Under the pieces are notes generated by a model that saw only the letters and a list, made by a program, of their open reading frames with translations, was not told the origin of the DNA and made no database searches. From Podarcis pityusensis (taxonomy: Eukaryota), in assembly GCA_964106645.2 (NCBI GenBank), contig OZ067047.1: 64,000 bases of DNA; one strand, written 5' to 3'. Position numbers and translations under genes: made by a program. Positions 1-23,752 of this stretch are shown here, piece by piece. Position 1 is the first letter of the stretch. The number at the start of each line of letters is the position of its first letter.

Positions 1-15
1 TCTCATCAGTCACTA

Positions 16-403
16 TGTCACAGTCTGGTTCACGGGCGATCGGAGTCCCGGCAGGGGACGTCAGGACTGGGGGCAAGATGGTGGGGTGGGAGCAGGAATG
101 GGGGTCCACAAGCCAAGAGTCAAGAAGTCAAGGGTCCGAGGATCAAGAAGCAGGGAGTCAAGAAGCCGAGATTCAAGTATCAGGAAGCAAGAAGCCAAAC
201 CCAGCAAGGCTGGAAGCGTGTTGCTATGGCAAAGAGCTGAAAGGAAATGCTGACCTTATAACCCTTCCCAGCTCTTGCCACCAGGTGCTGTGAGTTACCA
301 ATCAGCCTCACCTGTGTGGCCACGCCTTGCCTCTTCAGAACAAGTCCCAGTCCTGCAAAGTCCTATTGGTCACATGGCCTGGCTCTTGCACGCACACCTG
401 ACA
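16..403 (-). mobile_element. Solo LTR (Gypsy-like), 388 bp
   Basis: TGTCA...TGACA termini; perfect 5-bp TSD CACTA (11-15 and 404-408); CCAAT and TATAA on the - strand; internal degenerate tandem repeats (CAAGAAGC units). Confidence 0.85.
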
Positions 404-2794
404 CACTAGCCTTATTCTCCGTGGTTAATTGTTGCTTAATCAAATAGAGCTACTAGCCATGATGGTCTCACTCTCCTTCCACAGTTAAGAGCCAGTATTG
501 CTTCTGAATACCAGCTGCTGGAAACTGCAGGAGCAGGTGGAGCTCTTGTGCTTGGGTCCTGGTAGTGGGTTTCCCATTGGGGCATCTGCTTGGCCACTGT
601 GAGAACAGGACGCTGGGCTGGATGAGCCATCATCCTGATCTAGCAGGCTCTTGTTAAGATTGCATGAAGAGGGCATGACGTTGCTTCCCATTGGCCCTGC
701 CCCACCACCGAGACGACTGCCAGCTCCACCTCCATGCCATGTTGGAGAAATGTCTGCAATGGGGAAGCCTGGTGAATGTGTGCATAGCCTTTCCTTTGAT
801 CTCCATTTGCCTGTGGCAGCGATGGAAATGGATAATCTCCCCATTCTATGTGATGCTTCCCCTGCCGTAATAAATTTGTTCTTGCTACTGTAACATGGGA
901 TCCAGTCACACTCCTTCACTCAGTTGCAGAGATTGTTACAGCTCCACCCCTTCCCGCTTTATTTATTCAGCATTGACTATATTGTGCGGATGGGATATTG
1001 CACTACAGTCACTCAAAGGCAGCGCTGTTCACAAAAGGTAAAATGTGGCATGCTTTGAAGCAACCGTTACTTTCCCTGTAGCCTTAAGATCCATCCTTTC
1101 CCCTTCAAACTGCGAAGAAATAAAAATTAGTTGTCTTTGTTCGCTAACACTCTGGCAGATTTGGCATTTTGCAAAATAAGCCTCTCACAGTTCTGACACC
1201 AGCGTTGGATCATCAGTTTCTATCAGGCCTTCTTAATTAGTGTGGCATTTCTGGTGATGTTTTCAATTAGAAAGTGCCACACAACTATTTCAGCGGCCAT
1301 CTTCAACGGAAAAGAAAACCGGTTCGAAAAAACACACACAGGAAGCTTCGAAAAACAGCATACGCTTGTGCAAAGATTATGAGTGTTATTTGCTTGAAGT
1401 GGGATATCATTACAATGGCTTCGTTTCTCTTGAATTGTCCTTTTAATAACTAACACCTTTCAAAACTTTTCTTTCTTGTTGTTAGTAAAATTGTACTCAG
1501 ATTTTTAATAGCTAGCTCAACAATTATAGAAAATTTAGGAGCCAATTGACTGGAAAGCTCAGGAACCAAGAAAACCAAAAGAATGGGGGGAAATGATCTA
1601 GGAGACCACTGTAAGCAGATGAAAACATTAGCAGGATTGTAATAACACTTGTATGTAGCAAATACTAAGGTTGATATGGAGAGATATAAAATGTGGACTA
1701 TGAAATAATATGCAGTTGAGAAGGTGGACAATAGGACCCATGGACGGGAAGGTGGGAAGTCTAGAGATTTGGGAAATATCTCTAAATATGGATATGTAAT
1801 TTGTATTGTTATAGTTCTATACTTGTAAAATCAAATAAGAATTATTTTTTTAAAAGAAAATTTAGGAGCCAAAAATAGTCCTAATGATTAGCACTACGAG
1901 AGTTACATGATCTTACTTTGGAGCAAATAGAGAAAGTTGCCTGTCAACACAGTTGCATATATCAAGAGGTTCCCAAATTGGCTCATGGATCACCAGTGGC
2001 CTGAGAGCTCCATGCTGGTGGTCCACAGTGTGAAGAACGGCAGAAACAGCAGCTGCTCCATCATAATCTAAGCCTAAGCTTTGCGGTGTAGCTTGACCAC
2101 CCGCACTTCACGTGGATAGCAAAGCAGTCAGCATTCCCCTTATCTCTTTTTCCCAGCTCTAGCTGCAGTGGCTGTGGAAAACAGGTAAGCGGCATTCTCC
2201 TCAGGATGTACACCAGTTCTAGACCACATTCACTTTATATGTTTAAAGCCCTCTGATACCACTTTAAATGCTTTCCACAAAGAATTCTGGGAGCTGTAGT
2301 TTGTTATGGGTGCTCTGTTGCTAGGAGACTCTCCGTATTCCCCTCAGATAGCTACATTCCCCAGAATGGGTTATCGATAAAATCCCTCATGACAGGGAAC
2401 TGTATGTATGAAGTGAATATGGCCGCTGTGGCCACTTCCACACTCTCTCTCTGTGCATGTGCATAAAGCGACTTTTCAGGCACACAGTCAGAGAAATTAG
2501 GGCTTGACAAATAGTGTCACAACTATTGTCCTTCTCCTCTTATGCCCCCCAGGTGTCCTTCCCTCCTCCCCCATTTTGATGCCCTCCTCCCCTGTCTCAC
2601 TGTTTGAAGCAGAAGTCTAATTTCCCCCTCAACAGCCTGAACACTCTTAATATGGCTGGTGCCGTTGAGAGACACAGGGAAGCTTTTAAAGTCTGAGGTT
2701 TCTTTCCCCCCCCCCTCTTTCTTTCCCTCTGTATTTTTGTTGGAAGTTGCCCAGAGTGGCTGGGGCAACCCAGTCAGATGGATGGAGTATAAGA

Positions 2795-2835
<41 letters not shown>
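2795..2835. repeat. (ATT)n microsatellite (LINE tail)
   Basis: Seen directly. Confidence 0.9.
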
Positions 2836-2836
<1 letters not shown>

Positions 2837-3639
2837 GAAACCAACCATGGAAATCAAGTCCCTTCAAGTCTCAATTCCACTCAGCATATGAACTTGCCTT
2901 CTTGCTGCTCCACAGCATCCCATGGCTGGGCGATTACCTCCTTCCGTCTGCCATGTGGACCACCTGAAGGTTGAACATCACAGCAGTTGCCAACTGCGTT
3001 CTGGTAGGAAGAAGGGGATGGACCTCCTTTATATCCACCCAGCAGCATTATTGCTTTTGTGACATCACAGGCAGTCCACAGCCAATGGCAGTAGCTGTGG
3101 AAGCATCATCGTGACCTCAGCAAGACCTCACAATGGTGGGTGCCGTTCAGCAGCCTTTATCTGCACTGGTACCAGAGAAGACATTTTGATACCCAAGGCA
3201 GAATCCAGCCCAATGGCTGCATCCCCTTGTAGTGACTATTCCAGGGGCTGAGTGCCAAGAGTGGGTGAAATAATGGTTTTTTAAAATAAACAATAAACAA
3301 TAAAACTGAAGTGAAAATAACCAGTGTAGATGATAAACCAACAGGGTACAAATTAACAAACTGACAGGAATGAAACATTGGGAAAGGCCTGGTGTCATGA
3401 ACAGGTTAGAGAGTCCAAAGTGTGGGCAAAGGAGGCAGGGGGCAGGAAGATGATCCAGGAGAAAGGACTGGTGATTTGTGGGGTTCTGTGCCATTCATGA
3501 GGCAGGGAGAAGAGGAAGAGGCTGGGCAGTCAGAGACAGGAGAAAAAGCTGCAGGGAGGCACAGAGGTGGAAGAGACAGTCCCAAAGAGAGTTGGGCCAT
3601 TAAAATCTCCTTTCTCCTTCTCCCACTGTCTGTAAGATA

Positions 3640-4018
3640 AGTAAAGGTAAAAGACTTCTGGACGGTTAAGTCCAGTCAAAAGCGACTATGGGGTTGTGAC
3701 GCTCATCTCGTTTTCAGGCCGAGGGAGCCGGCGTTTGTCCACAGCTAGCTTTCCAGGTCATGTGGCTAGCATGACTAAACCACTTCTGGAGCAACAGGAC
3801 ACTGTGATGGAAACCAGAGCGCACGGAAACACCATCTACCTTGCCGCTGCAGCGGTACCTATTTATCTACTTCCACTGGCGTGCTTTCGAACTGCTAGGT
3901 TGGCAGGAGCTGGGATAGAGCAATGGAAGCTCACCTCATCACGGGGATTTGAACCACCGACCTTCCGATCGGCAAGCCCAAGAGGCTCAGTGGTTTAGAC
4001 CACAGCGCCACCTGCATC
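3640..4018 (-). mobile_element. Sauria SINE
   Basis: tRNA-like head, core GCCAACCTAGCAGTTCGAAAGCA and ACCTTT tail, reverse orientation. Confidence 0.85.
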
Positions 4019-5761
4019 TGTATCTGAATGCAAACGGTATGTGGGGATAGTGGGGCAGATGAAACAATGATGTTTGAATCTGCGCACGGGAATATCAACT
4101 AAAAGAGGAGTTCTCACAAGATCCGTGAAGCTACATTTAGGGTGGTTATCCTTCTGGCTGAAGTAAGAACTGTCCTGTTTGTAATAACAGGATTCCTTCA
4201 AATTTAAATATGCTGTTTGTCTCCACCAAATATCTCCAGTCAAATTAGGAGAATGCAATGAAAGGAAGAGGTGTAAATCAAAGTCGGCAGGAAACACTTT
4301 GGAGATTTCAACTCCATTACATTTGGATTTTCTCCCTTTTCTGCCTCACAACAATAGAGACATTTCTTTGTATGACAGAGTTAATGTCCTCCATTCCCTT
4401 TTCCCACAGCATAAATCCGCAAGAGGACACAAACAGAGTGAAGTCATTTGCAAATGAAAACAAAATGGTCAAATAAAGTGAAAACAGGACAACCCCAAAG
4501 GGCATTTTCTTGATCAACTTTAATTCATCCATACATCTGATTCTAAAACCAGATTTAACAAATCTAGCCCTGTGGGCATTAGTGAAAAATGCAGCCTTTT
4601 AAAGTATCTGTTTAAACACCATTTGATTAGTATTCAGCCTTTGTAAAATATTTTTGTGTAGGAGAGATGGCCAAAGCAGGATCTAAAATGTGACATGTTG
4701 ACACAGTTGCCAGAAGTAAAGTTTAAATTGCTTTAAGCGATTTCAGCATCTGTAGTTGAGATTTAAAAACCAAATTGCCCGGAGTTCTCTCCTTTCCACT
4801 GTGCAAGTGACAAATTCCAGAATTATAGTGCAGCTCTGCATAAGTTTAACCTGTAAATCCCATTCATTGGACCATGCACACTTACACGGCAATAAGCCCT
4901 ACTGGAATTTGTTGACTTCTGAGTAGGGATGGAGGAGAACTTTGATTCAGTACACATTTAAAGCCTTATCTATTAAATTTGCACTTGCCAAAGCAATACG
5001 AGAACCAAAACACAGATGTTCAACAAAAATCAGACTCGGCCAAACTTTGTGGTGCAGTTCTCCAACCAAATAAAGTTTACACAAAAATGAACGTGTTATG
5101 GAAAAGTGTGGATACGATAGTGACAATAACATATGAAAACACCTAAATTTAGGGGGAAAGCTTGCAAAAATGTGTACATTAGTTAGAACATACAAAAATA
5201 TGCATGCACTAAAAATGCGGATGGATTTTCAGGAGGATTTTCTAGAAAAGATTCACAAATTGCCGTAGAAATGGGAAGAACTTAATTTAAGGTTGGAAAC
5301 TGAGAAACTGGGAGAACTGAAAAAGACAGATCCTTCCATCCTTACTTCTGAGTAAACCATGCATAGGCTTGCACAGTCAAAGGAATTTTTTATTATTATC
5401 ACTGCCTACCTATAACGCAACACAAACTCTGAGAAGCCAAGACTCCTCTTTCCATAACTACTGCTCAGAAGAAGGGGAAATCCAGTTTGCCATGAATAAT
5501 TTGGGTTCTTCCCTTTCGTATTAGTCTGGTACCCTATTCCCTCCACTAAGAAATGTGCCATTGGAAGAGCACAGTAGGTGAGAACAATGATGCACATACC
5601 ATTCTTAGAAAAGTGGAGCTGCTCTGGGAGGTCCACCATCCCTGAGACAGCTTCACCTCCTGCTTCACCTTCAGCTCCTTGAGAAAAATTCTAGTCCAGA
5701 GATTTAAAATACAATTCCATGCATTTTTAGCCCTGAGTTTAATGGGGTTTATTCGCAAGTA

Positions 5762-5999
5762 CAGTGGTACCTTGGGTCTCAAACTTAATCCGTTCCGGAA
5801 GTCCGTTTGACTCCTGAAACAGTTCGAAAACCAAGGCGTGCCTTCCAATTGGCTGCAGGAGCTTCCTGCACTCAAGCAGAAGCCGCTTCAGACGTTCAGC
5901 TTCTGAAAAACATTCGAAAACTGGAACACTTCTGGGTTTTCAGCATTCGGGAGCCGATTTGTTTGACAACTAAGCCATTTGAGGACCAAGGTACCACTG
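5762..5999. mobile_element. Tc1/mariner-type MITE
   Basis: TIR CAGTGGTACCTTGG...CCAAGGTACCACTG with TA on both sides. Confidence 0.8.
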
Positions 6000-6212
6000 T
6001 AAGTGGCTACAGGGTTGCAACCTACGACTGCTTTCCTATGCCCACATACAGAAAAAAACACTGGTTCACTTCCAAGTTGATCAAAAAACATTCAAGTCTT
6101 CTTCAACACTGCCTCTTCCCCCCGCCCCTCCTTGTCCAAATCAGTTGGACTCATTGCACCTAGGACAGGTTTACTGGCGGGATGCAAACCGCTGTCAAAG
6201 CATTTCCCATTA

Positions 6213-18516
<12,304 letters not shown>

Positions 18517-18565
18517 GGCTTCAGCTGGAAGTGGAAATAAAGCTGGCTTTTCTTCTCTCTATCTC

Positions 18566-18574
18566 TTTTATATA
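18566..18574 (-). promoter_or_regulatory. Nothepsin TATA box
   Basis: TATATAAAAG on the - strand, about 50 nt upstream of the ATG, implying a TSS near 18540. Confidence 0.7.
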
Positions 18575-19023
18575 CTTTGCTGGATTACAACCAGCTGTTT
18601 GTGGGGTCAGTCAATGACTGCAGGTCAGTTGCTTGGCAGGACATTTGTAATGTGCTGGACAAGGACCCGTCAATTTGTGTAAATACTGCAATCTGTTACA
18701 ACATGGATGGGGAACTGGTGGCCCTCAGGATGCTGTTGGACTCCAACTCCCATCAACCCCAGCCAGCATCGCCAATAGCCAGGGATGCTGGGAGTTGGAG
18801 TTCAGCGACATCTAGGGGACCACACGTTCCCCACCTCTGCATTAGAACACTCAAACAAGGGAGTGATGGAGGCAGGTAGTAGCAGTGCATGTGGTAGAGC
18901 TTGACGCTGGTGTGGTTGCTTACCTGAATGGGGCTGAGGTGCCAAGAAGGGCGAGACTGTGCAGTTGCACTGACAGGAGTGCTGGACCAGCAGGGATGCT
19001 CCCACTGGTGCAACCACCCTACC

Positions 19024-19742
19024 TGTGCTGGTCCCGGGGGGGGGGGAAGGTACTAATACCGTAGCCGAAGTTCAGTCCAGAGTCACTAGCAGGGTAGACA
19101 ATCACTAGATGAGACGCGAGGTCCGAAACAGGGAGCCGGGCGGGGGAGCAGGAACGCTGGTAGGGCAGCAGCAGGAAGCCAGGCGGGTAACAGGAACACT
19201 GGTAGAGCAGAAGCAGGGAGCCAGGCGGGGAACAGGAACACTGGTGGGTCAGCAGCGGGCAGCTGGTCGAGGAACAGGAACACCGGAGAGTCAGGAGCAG
19301 GAAGCCGGGCGTGGAACAGGCACACTGGGAGTGCAGATCTAGGTCTGGGTAAAGCAGGTACTCCACAACGACGTTGCTCCCGCAACCTGGGACCGGGCTG
19401 CCTGACCTTTATCTTCTTCTAAGGCCCCGCTTGGCCTTAAGGCGAGCACTCCTCCTGGGAGAGACCAGTTCCCTTCGCCTCTCTGCCCTAAGCCTCTGCA
19501 GTTCAGGAGAGGCCGAAGGGTTACTGGGCCCCGGGGGAGGCTCACCTGTAGCCACTGAGTCCTCCAGCACCTCTGGGGCCAGAATGGTCTCACTTGGTGC
19601 CTGCCCCTGAGGATCTGGCACAGGTGCAGGCTCCTCAGCATCTAGGCCTTGCCCCAGTTCAGCCGGCCCTGGAGGCGGGGACTCCTGTGCCAGCTGGGAT
19701 TCCTCCGGTTCACTCTCAGACTCGGAATCCCAGGCCATCACA
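19024..19742 (-). mobile_element. Solo LTR (Gypsy-like), 719 bp, upstream of nothepsin
   Basis: TGTGCTGG...CCATCACA inverted ends; perfect 5-bp TSD CTACC (19019-19023 and 19743-19747); TATA-like GATAAAAGG near 19405-19413 on the - strand; GC-rich; internal 42-bp tandem array. Confidence 0.85.
19130..19330. repeat. 42-bp minisatellite (about 5 copies) inside the LTR
   Basis: Repeating GGAGCCAGGCGGGGAACAGGAACACTGGTAGGGCAGCAGCAG-like unit, also visible as a 14-aa period in ORF 19109..19342. Confidence 0.8.
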
Positions 19743-20214
19743 CTACCCCAACCTCGCCACTATCGCCCTGCCCCAGTGCTCTCCAAATAAGGAGCAGTGA
19801 CAGAGGTGGATTTAGGGAAGCGCGACTGGTTCACCCACACTAGTGAGAGGGGGCTGCAGGGGGCTGCAACAATGACTTATAATGAAAATCGAAAAATGTG
19901 GATGGGGGTGCCAATTTTTGTTGTGTTGCGCAGGGCGCCGTTGAAATTTGAAAGTCTGCCTCTAGCAGACTGCGTTGTAAGGAGGTTGGCTATGTCTCAC
20001 CACACATGCCTTAAGAATAATGAGTCTTTTTCAGTGTGGACTAAGTAAGTATAAACCAGGTCTTACCATGACCCAGGTCTTCATAGGTGAACCTATGCAA
20101 TTCAAAGCACTATAGAAAGATGCAGGGTAAATGGGCTCATCTGAAATATTCCACACCATAACAAGCAATTTGACCTTTCCTTATGTCACCTGGGTTTTCT
20201 CATTAGCTATTACT

Positions 20215-20562
20215 GACACGGGTGGCGCTCTGGGTTAAACCACAGAGCCTAGGACTTGCCGATCAGGTCAGCAGTTTGAATCCCCATTACGGGGTGAGCT
20301 CCCGCTGCTCAGTCCCTGCTCCTGCCAACCTAGCAGTTCGAAAGCACGTCAAAGTGCAAGTAGATAAATAGGTACCGCTCCAATGAGAAAGTAAATGGCA
20401 TTTCTGTGTGCTGCTCTGGTTCGCCAGAAGCAGCTTAGTCATGCTGGCCACATGACCCGGAAGCTGTACGCCAGCTCCCTTGGCTAATAAAGCGAGATGA
20501 GCGCCGCAACCCCAGAGTCGGTCACAACTGGACCTAATGGTCAGGGGTCCCTTTACCTTTTA
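20215..20562 (+). mobile_element. Sauria SINE
   Basis: Full-length copy GGTGGCGCTCTGGGTTAAACC...CCCTTTACCTTT. Confidence 0.88.
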
Positions 20563-21964
20563 ACCTCTCCCCAAGGCAGCAGGTGCAAAGCTTGCACTCT
20601 AAGGCTGTTTAGACACTATATACCTTTAAACCCCATTTTAAGCATATTCTTTCCCTCGAAGGATTCTGGTTGCTGTAGTTTACCCCTCATGGAGCTATAA
20701 TTCCCAGCTCCTCATAAACAAATGACAGGGTCCAGAATTCATGGAGAGAAAGAATGTGCTTCAAAGGTACAGTTTGTCTGCAATCCAATTCATCAGTTCA
20801 AGTTATTCCTACAAAATGTATCGGGGATGGGGAACCTCAATCCTAGGGGCTACATCCATCCTTCCAGATAGGCTGTCTCCAGGTTGCTCCTCCTCCTCCT
20901 CCTCCTCAGCCACACAGCCTCTCCCCAGGCCATGCCTCTCATTAGCCCTATTTTGAACCCTCCTGGAGCTCAAGTGCGTCCTTGAACTCTGGCAATGCCT
21001 CTTCCTTACCTCTGGCCCTGCCCATCACTGGCATGTGGCCCCCAGAAGGCTGCCTGGAAACGAATGTGGCCCTCTGAAAAAGCTTCCCTTCTCCTGACAT
21101 ATATAATGTGGCGTTGAGTAATCCTTGTGTCAAAAACTGTTGCTCAATGGCTCTGGCCTTTGGCTTGCACATCTAACGCAAGCAGGTTTGCAAAGACTTC
21201 AGGGCAAGCCCAGTGAGTAACAGAGACTATACAGGTTCGTCCCTTAGGGAAAATGGCTCACTGCCCCACCAAACCCAAACTTGGCTGGCTGCTTGCTTAC
21301 ACCTATAGCCCAAGGGTTAGCATTGCCTATCGCTTCCCTCCTCCTCCCCAGTTTCTCTGTTCGCATTGTAAAACTCAGCAGGGACAAGGATGGGGTCCAA
21401 ACAAATTTAATTTTAATAATAATAATAATAATTTTTATTTATACCCCGCCCTCCCCAGCCAAGGCCGGGCTCAGGGCGGCTAACAAGCAATAATAAAAAC
21501 AAGTTGAATGAATACAGCTTAAAAACAAGATTAAAAATACAACATTAAAATCTTTAGTTGGCTCTGTTTGTCATTGGCTGTGGCTCCACTTCCTGTTGGC
21601 CTCCCTGCCTTGCACTCCAGCAGTCCCAATGGGCACCAGTGGATGGAGTCACTGCATGACCATTTGGGGACACAACCCAAGTTGAATCAGGATTAAGTCA
21701 ACACTCACATCTGATCATATGCAGAGGGCTACGTGAATCAGCTCTTGTTCTCTTGCAGACAAAGGTGCAACTACTGTCTGTCTCAAGACTTTCACCTCTG
21801 AGAGGCAGAGCATCCTACATTAACTGGTCTTCACACACACCCCCATCACTCATTAAGGTCCTCAAAAGTCCAGACTCTAGGCTATTTTTTCATTGCCTTG
21901 ATCTCATTAGCCCACTGCAAGGAGACTTTGGCTTGCCAACATAGTCACAAGGTGCAGCAATCTA

Positions 21965-21979
21965 AGGTCATTGTGATCT
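21965..21979. promoter_or_regulatory. Near-consensus estrogen response element
   Basis: AGGTCA ttg TGATCT, one mismatch from AGGTCAnnnTGACCT. Confidence 0.55.
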
Positions 21980-22921
21980 GCATTGATAAGGCTAGATTAA
22001 TAGTTAAACTGTGAACCAGAGTTTTTACCCCATAATATATTTAAGTAAGTCCTAAATATGTTCCTTAACAACAAATAAATGTAAATAGGCATTCTGCATC
22101 CAGAAATAGCAAAATGCCATATAAATCAATGTCCAATTTAAGCAGTAGGATTTGCCTAATTGTGCCATGAAATTTGAAACCATCCATTTGGGATCAAATT
22201 AGATGTTAAATGTGTCTTTGAATCCCATGCTTAAGACTCCCACATATTTTTTAACCAAAAGCAGCCAATGCAGTCCAATTCAGTTCAGGTTTGCGGTACA
22301 GGTGTAGGGTGGTTTACATCAGGTATACTAAAGCAGTAGCACCTATCCGGAACGGGAACCTGTCACAGTTTAGGGCCAACAAGAATTGCTTGGCTGATGG
22401 TTGAACCCTGACTGAAAGACATGGCTGAGAGCCCTTCAGCTTGTGCCAGAGGGCATAAGATGATACTTGCAATGAATAAACACTTACAGTAGATGACATT
22501 TACATAAATGAGTACTGAACATGCCTCTCTCTCATGTTACTAGCAAGTGACTATAGCATAAAGCACCATTAGAGCAGAGCCTTTAGAGCAGAGCATGCTA
22601 AGGGGAACATTGGGACTGTTTTGGAAAATATGTCTGATTAACCACTGTGCAATCTCAGAACTTCACCTCGGCGTTTTCTGCTGCTTTTGCGCACGAGAGC
22701 TATTCCAAGGCAATGCCTGCATTTCTCATCAGCAGACACTCATTCAGTTATCAGGAACATTTCAGGGCTCTTGAGATTCATGATTGTTGCTATGTGGACC
22801 ATATATATTGCAGCAAGGAGGAGGGAACAGCACACAAAATAGAAGCCAGGCAGCTTCCCTGCTCCATAAACCTGATTCACCGGGTAGCGAAGAACCAATG
22901 TAACTTTCCAAAGTTGTTAGG

Positions 22922-23752
22922 ATGGGCAACGCTTTCCGAACAGTCATTGCTTTCTTCCCATCAGATGCCTGCCAGAAATACATTCTGGGAGACCTTGAAG
23001 AGATGCCAATTGATAAAATGTTGGATCTGAGCAGCAGGCAGGTGAGGAGGTTCCCGCTGCACGTTTGTTCTTTCAGGGAACTGGTCAAATTGTACCTGAG
23101 CGACAACAATCTGAATCATCTGCCCTCTGAGCTAGAACAGCTGCAGAACCTACAGATCTTGGCACTGGATTTCAACAATTTCCAAACGCTTCCCCCGGTG
23201 GTGTGCACCTTGAAGCAGCTGTGTATCCTTTACCTGGGCAACAACAGACTTGGAGACTTGCCAGTAGAGCTGCGCCAGCTGCAGAACCTGAAGACACTCT
23301 GGATTGAGTCCAACTGTTTGTATCACCTGCCCAACGTGGTGTGCGAGTTGAAGCAACTCAAAACGCTGCATGCCGGCTCCAATGCGCTGCACTCCCTGCC
23401 TGCGCAGCTGTGGTACCTGAAGGACCTGCGCAGCATCTGGCTCTCAGGCAACCTACTGCCTGAATTCCCCCCCGTGTTGCTTCACATGCCATTCCTGGAA
23501 ATTATCGACGTCGACCGCAACGTCATCACTTACTTCCCCAGTCTCGTGCACCTGAGCAGCTTGAAGCTGGTGATCTATGACCACAACCCCTGCAGAAACG
23601 CACCCAAGGTAGCCAAGGGGGTGCATAGGGTTGGGAGGTGGTCTGAGGAAAGCCCCGAACCTAGGAAACGATCTGGTATGGATAGGGACAAAGGATCTGA
23701 GGACATCGACTCTATTCTCCCTCCTCCAGGCCATCTCAGTCTAGCCGAGTGA
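22922..23752 (+). CDS. LRRC10: Leucine-rich repeat-containing protein 10 (single coding exon), 276 aa
   Basis: Intronless ORF starting MGNAFRTVIAF, with tandem LxxLxLxxNxL repeats and C-terminal YDHNPCRNAPKVAKGVHRVGRW; tail-to-tail with CCT2 as in other amniotes. Confidence 0.95.
   Translation: MGNAFRTVIAFFPSDACQKYILGDLEEMPIDKMLDLSSRQVRRFPLHVCSFRELVKLYLSDNNLNHLPSELEQLQNLQILALDFNNFQTLPPVVCTLKQLCILYLGNNRLGDLPVELRQLQNLKTLWIESNCLYHLPNVVCELKQLKTLHAGSNALHSLPAQLWYLKDLRSIWLSGNLLPEFPPVLLHMPFLEIIDVDRNVITYFPSLVHLSSLKLVIYDHNPCRNAPKVAKGVHRVGRWSEESPEPRKRSGMDRDKGSEDIDSILPPPGHLSLAE

Noticed and set aside
15-293. 92-aa Q/E/S-rich ORF
   Set aside because: It is the antisense reading of tandem repeats in the solo LTR at 16-403, and its ATG depends on the TSD junction.
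436-919. Overlapping ORFs that might be the terminal exon of BEST3, the expected neighbour by synteny
   Set aside because: No bestrophin-like sequence was recognised; BEST3 probably lies outside the window.
19019-19385. Several overlapping repetitive ORFs in the LTR
   Set aside because: They arise from the stop-free 42-bp minisatellite, which is open in several frames, unlike the non-repetitive U3 ORF.
21980-22880. GATA, Nkx2-5 and CArG-like words upstream of LRRC10
   Set aside because: Only short or imperfect matches with no perfect CC(A/T)6GG; indistinguishable from chance without conservation data.
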